DNA of 64,000 bases, taken from NCBI GenBank assembly GCA_047602425.1, contig JASGHG010000001.1, forward strand, positions 1,312,001-1,376,000, written 5' to 3'. The stretch's first letter is position 1; each line of letters opens with the position of its first letter. Under the pieces are notes generated by a model. The model did not search any database, was not told the origin of the DNA, and was given only the letters and a program-made list of their open reading frames with translations. Of the stretch, positions 61,949-64,000 are shown piece after piece. This DNA comes from Nibricoccus sp. Its GTDB lineage: Bacteria; Verrucomicrobiota; Verrucomicrobiia; Opitutales; Opitutaceae. The translations under genes and the position numbers were made by a program.

Positions 61949-62087
61949 CCCGCGCAAGCCTCTCCATGGCAACATCCGCCACGCTTGCGCTGCGTGAGTG
62001 CAAAATATTTTCAGGAAATCCCCTGCGCGCTGTAACCAATCCGCCGCCTGTAGTGAATTATCAGGTACAAAACACCACCCTCCTCTC

Positions 62088-63584
62088 ATGAACGCCTTCT
62101 TCACACGTACCGCGACTTTCTGTTTCGCTACCCTTGCCTTCAGCCCGTTCGCCCATGCGGCCTTGGAAACCAACTCAGTTCCAGCTGACGCCAAATGGAT
62201 CATCCATCTCGATCTCGACGCCGTTCGCGAAAGCCCCGTCGGCAAGGAAATCGTCACTTTTATCGAAAAAAATGCCGAACTGCCTAAAGCCGCCAATGTT
62301 CAGATCGACATCAAAAAAGTCATCGCCTCCATCAATTCCGCCACCGCTTATGGCACGACCTTTTCGCAGAATCCGAAAGAAATCGATGGCACGCTGATTC
62401 TCCAGGGGACTGACGAGCTGCGCAAAATCGCCGAGGCCGTCGTCACCCAATTCTCCATCTCCAATCCGGAAATCGTCAGCGACATCAAAGGCCTGCCCTT
62501 CGCCGCCTACTCCATCAAAAACGAGGTCACCGTCGCATTCCCGCCCGAACCCATCATCTTGATGAGCCGCTCACAGCCGCAGCTTTTGAAGGGATACGAT
62601 TTATTGCGCGGCAAAGGACCTGCCGCTGCCCGCGGGCCGTCGTCGCTCAAGGGTTTGATTCCAAAAACCCGCCCGCTCCTGGTTTTCGCAGCCAGTGAAG
62701 TACCCAACACCAATGGTCTTTTCCCCGAAAATCAGCCCCAGGCCCGAATCTTGAAAATGGCCAAGTCCGCCTCCATTGCGATTGGTCAGAACGACAAGCT
62801 CACCACCGCCACATTGCAGCTCGTGGCCTCGGACGACGACCTCTCCGAAAAGCTTCACACCATCGTCAAAGGCCTCGTCGCCATGCTTTCCCTCGCCCAA
62901 AGCGACGACCAGCAGCTCAACACTTTCCTCCAGTCCGCAAAGACCGAGCGCAATGGCCGCACCGTCATCGTCAATCTTTCCTACCCAACCGAGGGCTTGC
63001 TCCAAATGATCCGCGCCATCGCGGCCAGCGAGAACCGTCAGCGCGCCAACCGAAACAACAACCAATCGTCAAATACACCCGCAATTCCGGCCAAGATTGT
63101 GAGCACCTGGATAGCCGACAAGGACTTGGGCAACGACAGTGTTTCGCCCGAGACCCTGCAATTCCAGGTCATCGAAAATGTCGCCCTCAAAAACGGAACC
63201 ACCATCAGCCTGAATGGGCGGCGCGAGGGCGGGGAAAACGCCCGCTTCGACTACATCGACGTGATTCCGACCGGCGGCGGCGGAGCGCTCCACTTCGAAG
63301 CCGAAAATCTGCGGCTCTCGCGCTACAGCGTGGAAAGAACTTCCCACGCCTCGGGCGGCAAGGTCATCACCCTGCAAAACAACAGCAACGGCCATGCTCG
63401 CTTCGAGTTTCCCGGCGCCGACGGTACGTACACTTTGAAAGTCGGCTACGTCGATGAAAACGACGGCAAGGCCACCTTCTCCGTCAGCCTCCACGAAGCC
63501 GCGCCTGCCGTAGCGCCAGCGGCTCCCCAGCCTCCCACCCCGCCCGCGCCCCCCGCGCCAGCGGTTGCAACTCCGGCAAAATAA
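62088..63584 (+). CDS. Secreted protein with C-terminal CBM-like jelly-roll and Pro/Ala tail
   Basis: Signal peptide ending AHA; FEAE, ASGGK, DENDG and ARFDYI motifs. Confidence 0.7.
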   Translation: MNAFFTRTATFCFATLAFSPFAHAALETNSVPADAKWIIHLDLDAVRESPVGKEIVTFIEKNAELPKAANVQIDIKKVIASINSATAYGTTFSQNPKEIDGTLILQGTDELRKIAEAVVTQFSISNPEIVSDIKGLPFAAYSIKNEVTVAFPPEPIILMSRSQPQLLKGYDLLRGKGPAAARGPSSLKGLIPKTRPLLVFAASEVPNTNGLFPENQPQARILKMAKSASIAIGQNDKLTTATLQLVASDDDLSEKLHTIVKGLVAMLSLAQSDDQQLNTFLQSAKTERNGRTVIVNLSYPTEGLLQMIRAIAASENRQRANRNNNQSSNTPAIPAKIVSTWIADKDLGNDSVSPETLQFQVIENVALKNGTTISLNGRREGGENARFDYIDVIPTGGGGALHFEAENLRLSRYSVERTSHASGGKVITLQNNSNGHARFEFPGADGTYTLKVGYVDENDGKATFSVSLHEAAPAVAPAAPQPPTPPAPPAPAVATPAK

Positions 63585-63587
63585 TCC

Positions 63588-64000
63588 ATGCTCGCCGATG
63601 GAACAATGACCCTGCCGCCCCAGGCTGCCTCAGACGAACTTCTAGCCCCGCCGGCCACTCCCCCGGCGGACGCCCGTTTGATTGCGGACTGCCTCGGCGG
63701 CGACATGCGCGCCTTTGATGAAATCGTCCGCACGCATACGCCGCGGGTTTTCAACTATGTCCTCCACATGACGCGTCATCGCCAGGACGCCGAGGACATC
63801 GCCCAGCAAACCTTCATCAAGGCCTACACGCACCTCTCCAGCTTCGATCCGACGCGCTCTTTCATCGCCTGGCTTCTCACCATCGCGCGCCGCACCGCCC
63901 TCAACCACTTTAGATCGGCAAAAAATTTCGAGCAAGTCGACGACACCCACGCCTCGACTGAAACCGCGCCCGACAACCACGTCGAAAAACGCGACCAACT
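63588..64000 (+). CDS. ECF sigma-70 factor (3'-truncated)
   Basis: GDMRAFDEIVRTH...DAEDIAQQTFIKAY...FIAWLLTIARR region 2; runs off the window end. Confidence 0.9.
   Translation, partial: MLADGTMTLPPQAASDELLAPPATPPADARLIADCLGGDMRAFDEIVRTHTPRVFNYVLHMTRHRQDAEDIAQQTFIKAYTHLSSFDPTRSFIAWLLTIARRTALNHFRSAKNFEQVDDTHASTETAPDNHVEKRDQ

Overview
GC-rich bacterial chromosome segment, most likely Opitutaceae (Verrucomicrobiota), inferred from the TonB-receptor N-terminus style and the gene content. It carries housekeeping genes (scpA, frameshifted trxA, menA, Mla-type ABC system, potCDBA, lptF/G, htpG, vapBC, ppk1, dnaX, SRP RNA), a galactan utilisation locus (GH53-TBDT-MFS-LacI-GH2), a GH106-like hydrolase, two PL22-like propellers, an ABC exporter, SulP/YoaK next to a sigma-54 activator, and a partial ECF sigma factor. 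No CRISPR array, tRNA, rRNA or transposase was seen. Most notable: (1) dnaX stops just after an A10G run while its tau-like C-terminus continues in the -1 frame; (2) a family of covarying intergenic palindromes, partly as doublets about 100 bp apart; (3) a sharply bounded ~740 bp block of foreign-looking codon usage inside the GH106 gene; (4) an apparently circularly permuted CBM-like domain; (5) a 117-bp structured tandem repeat. All family assignments come from motif recognition, not database searches.
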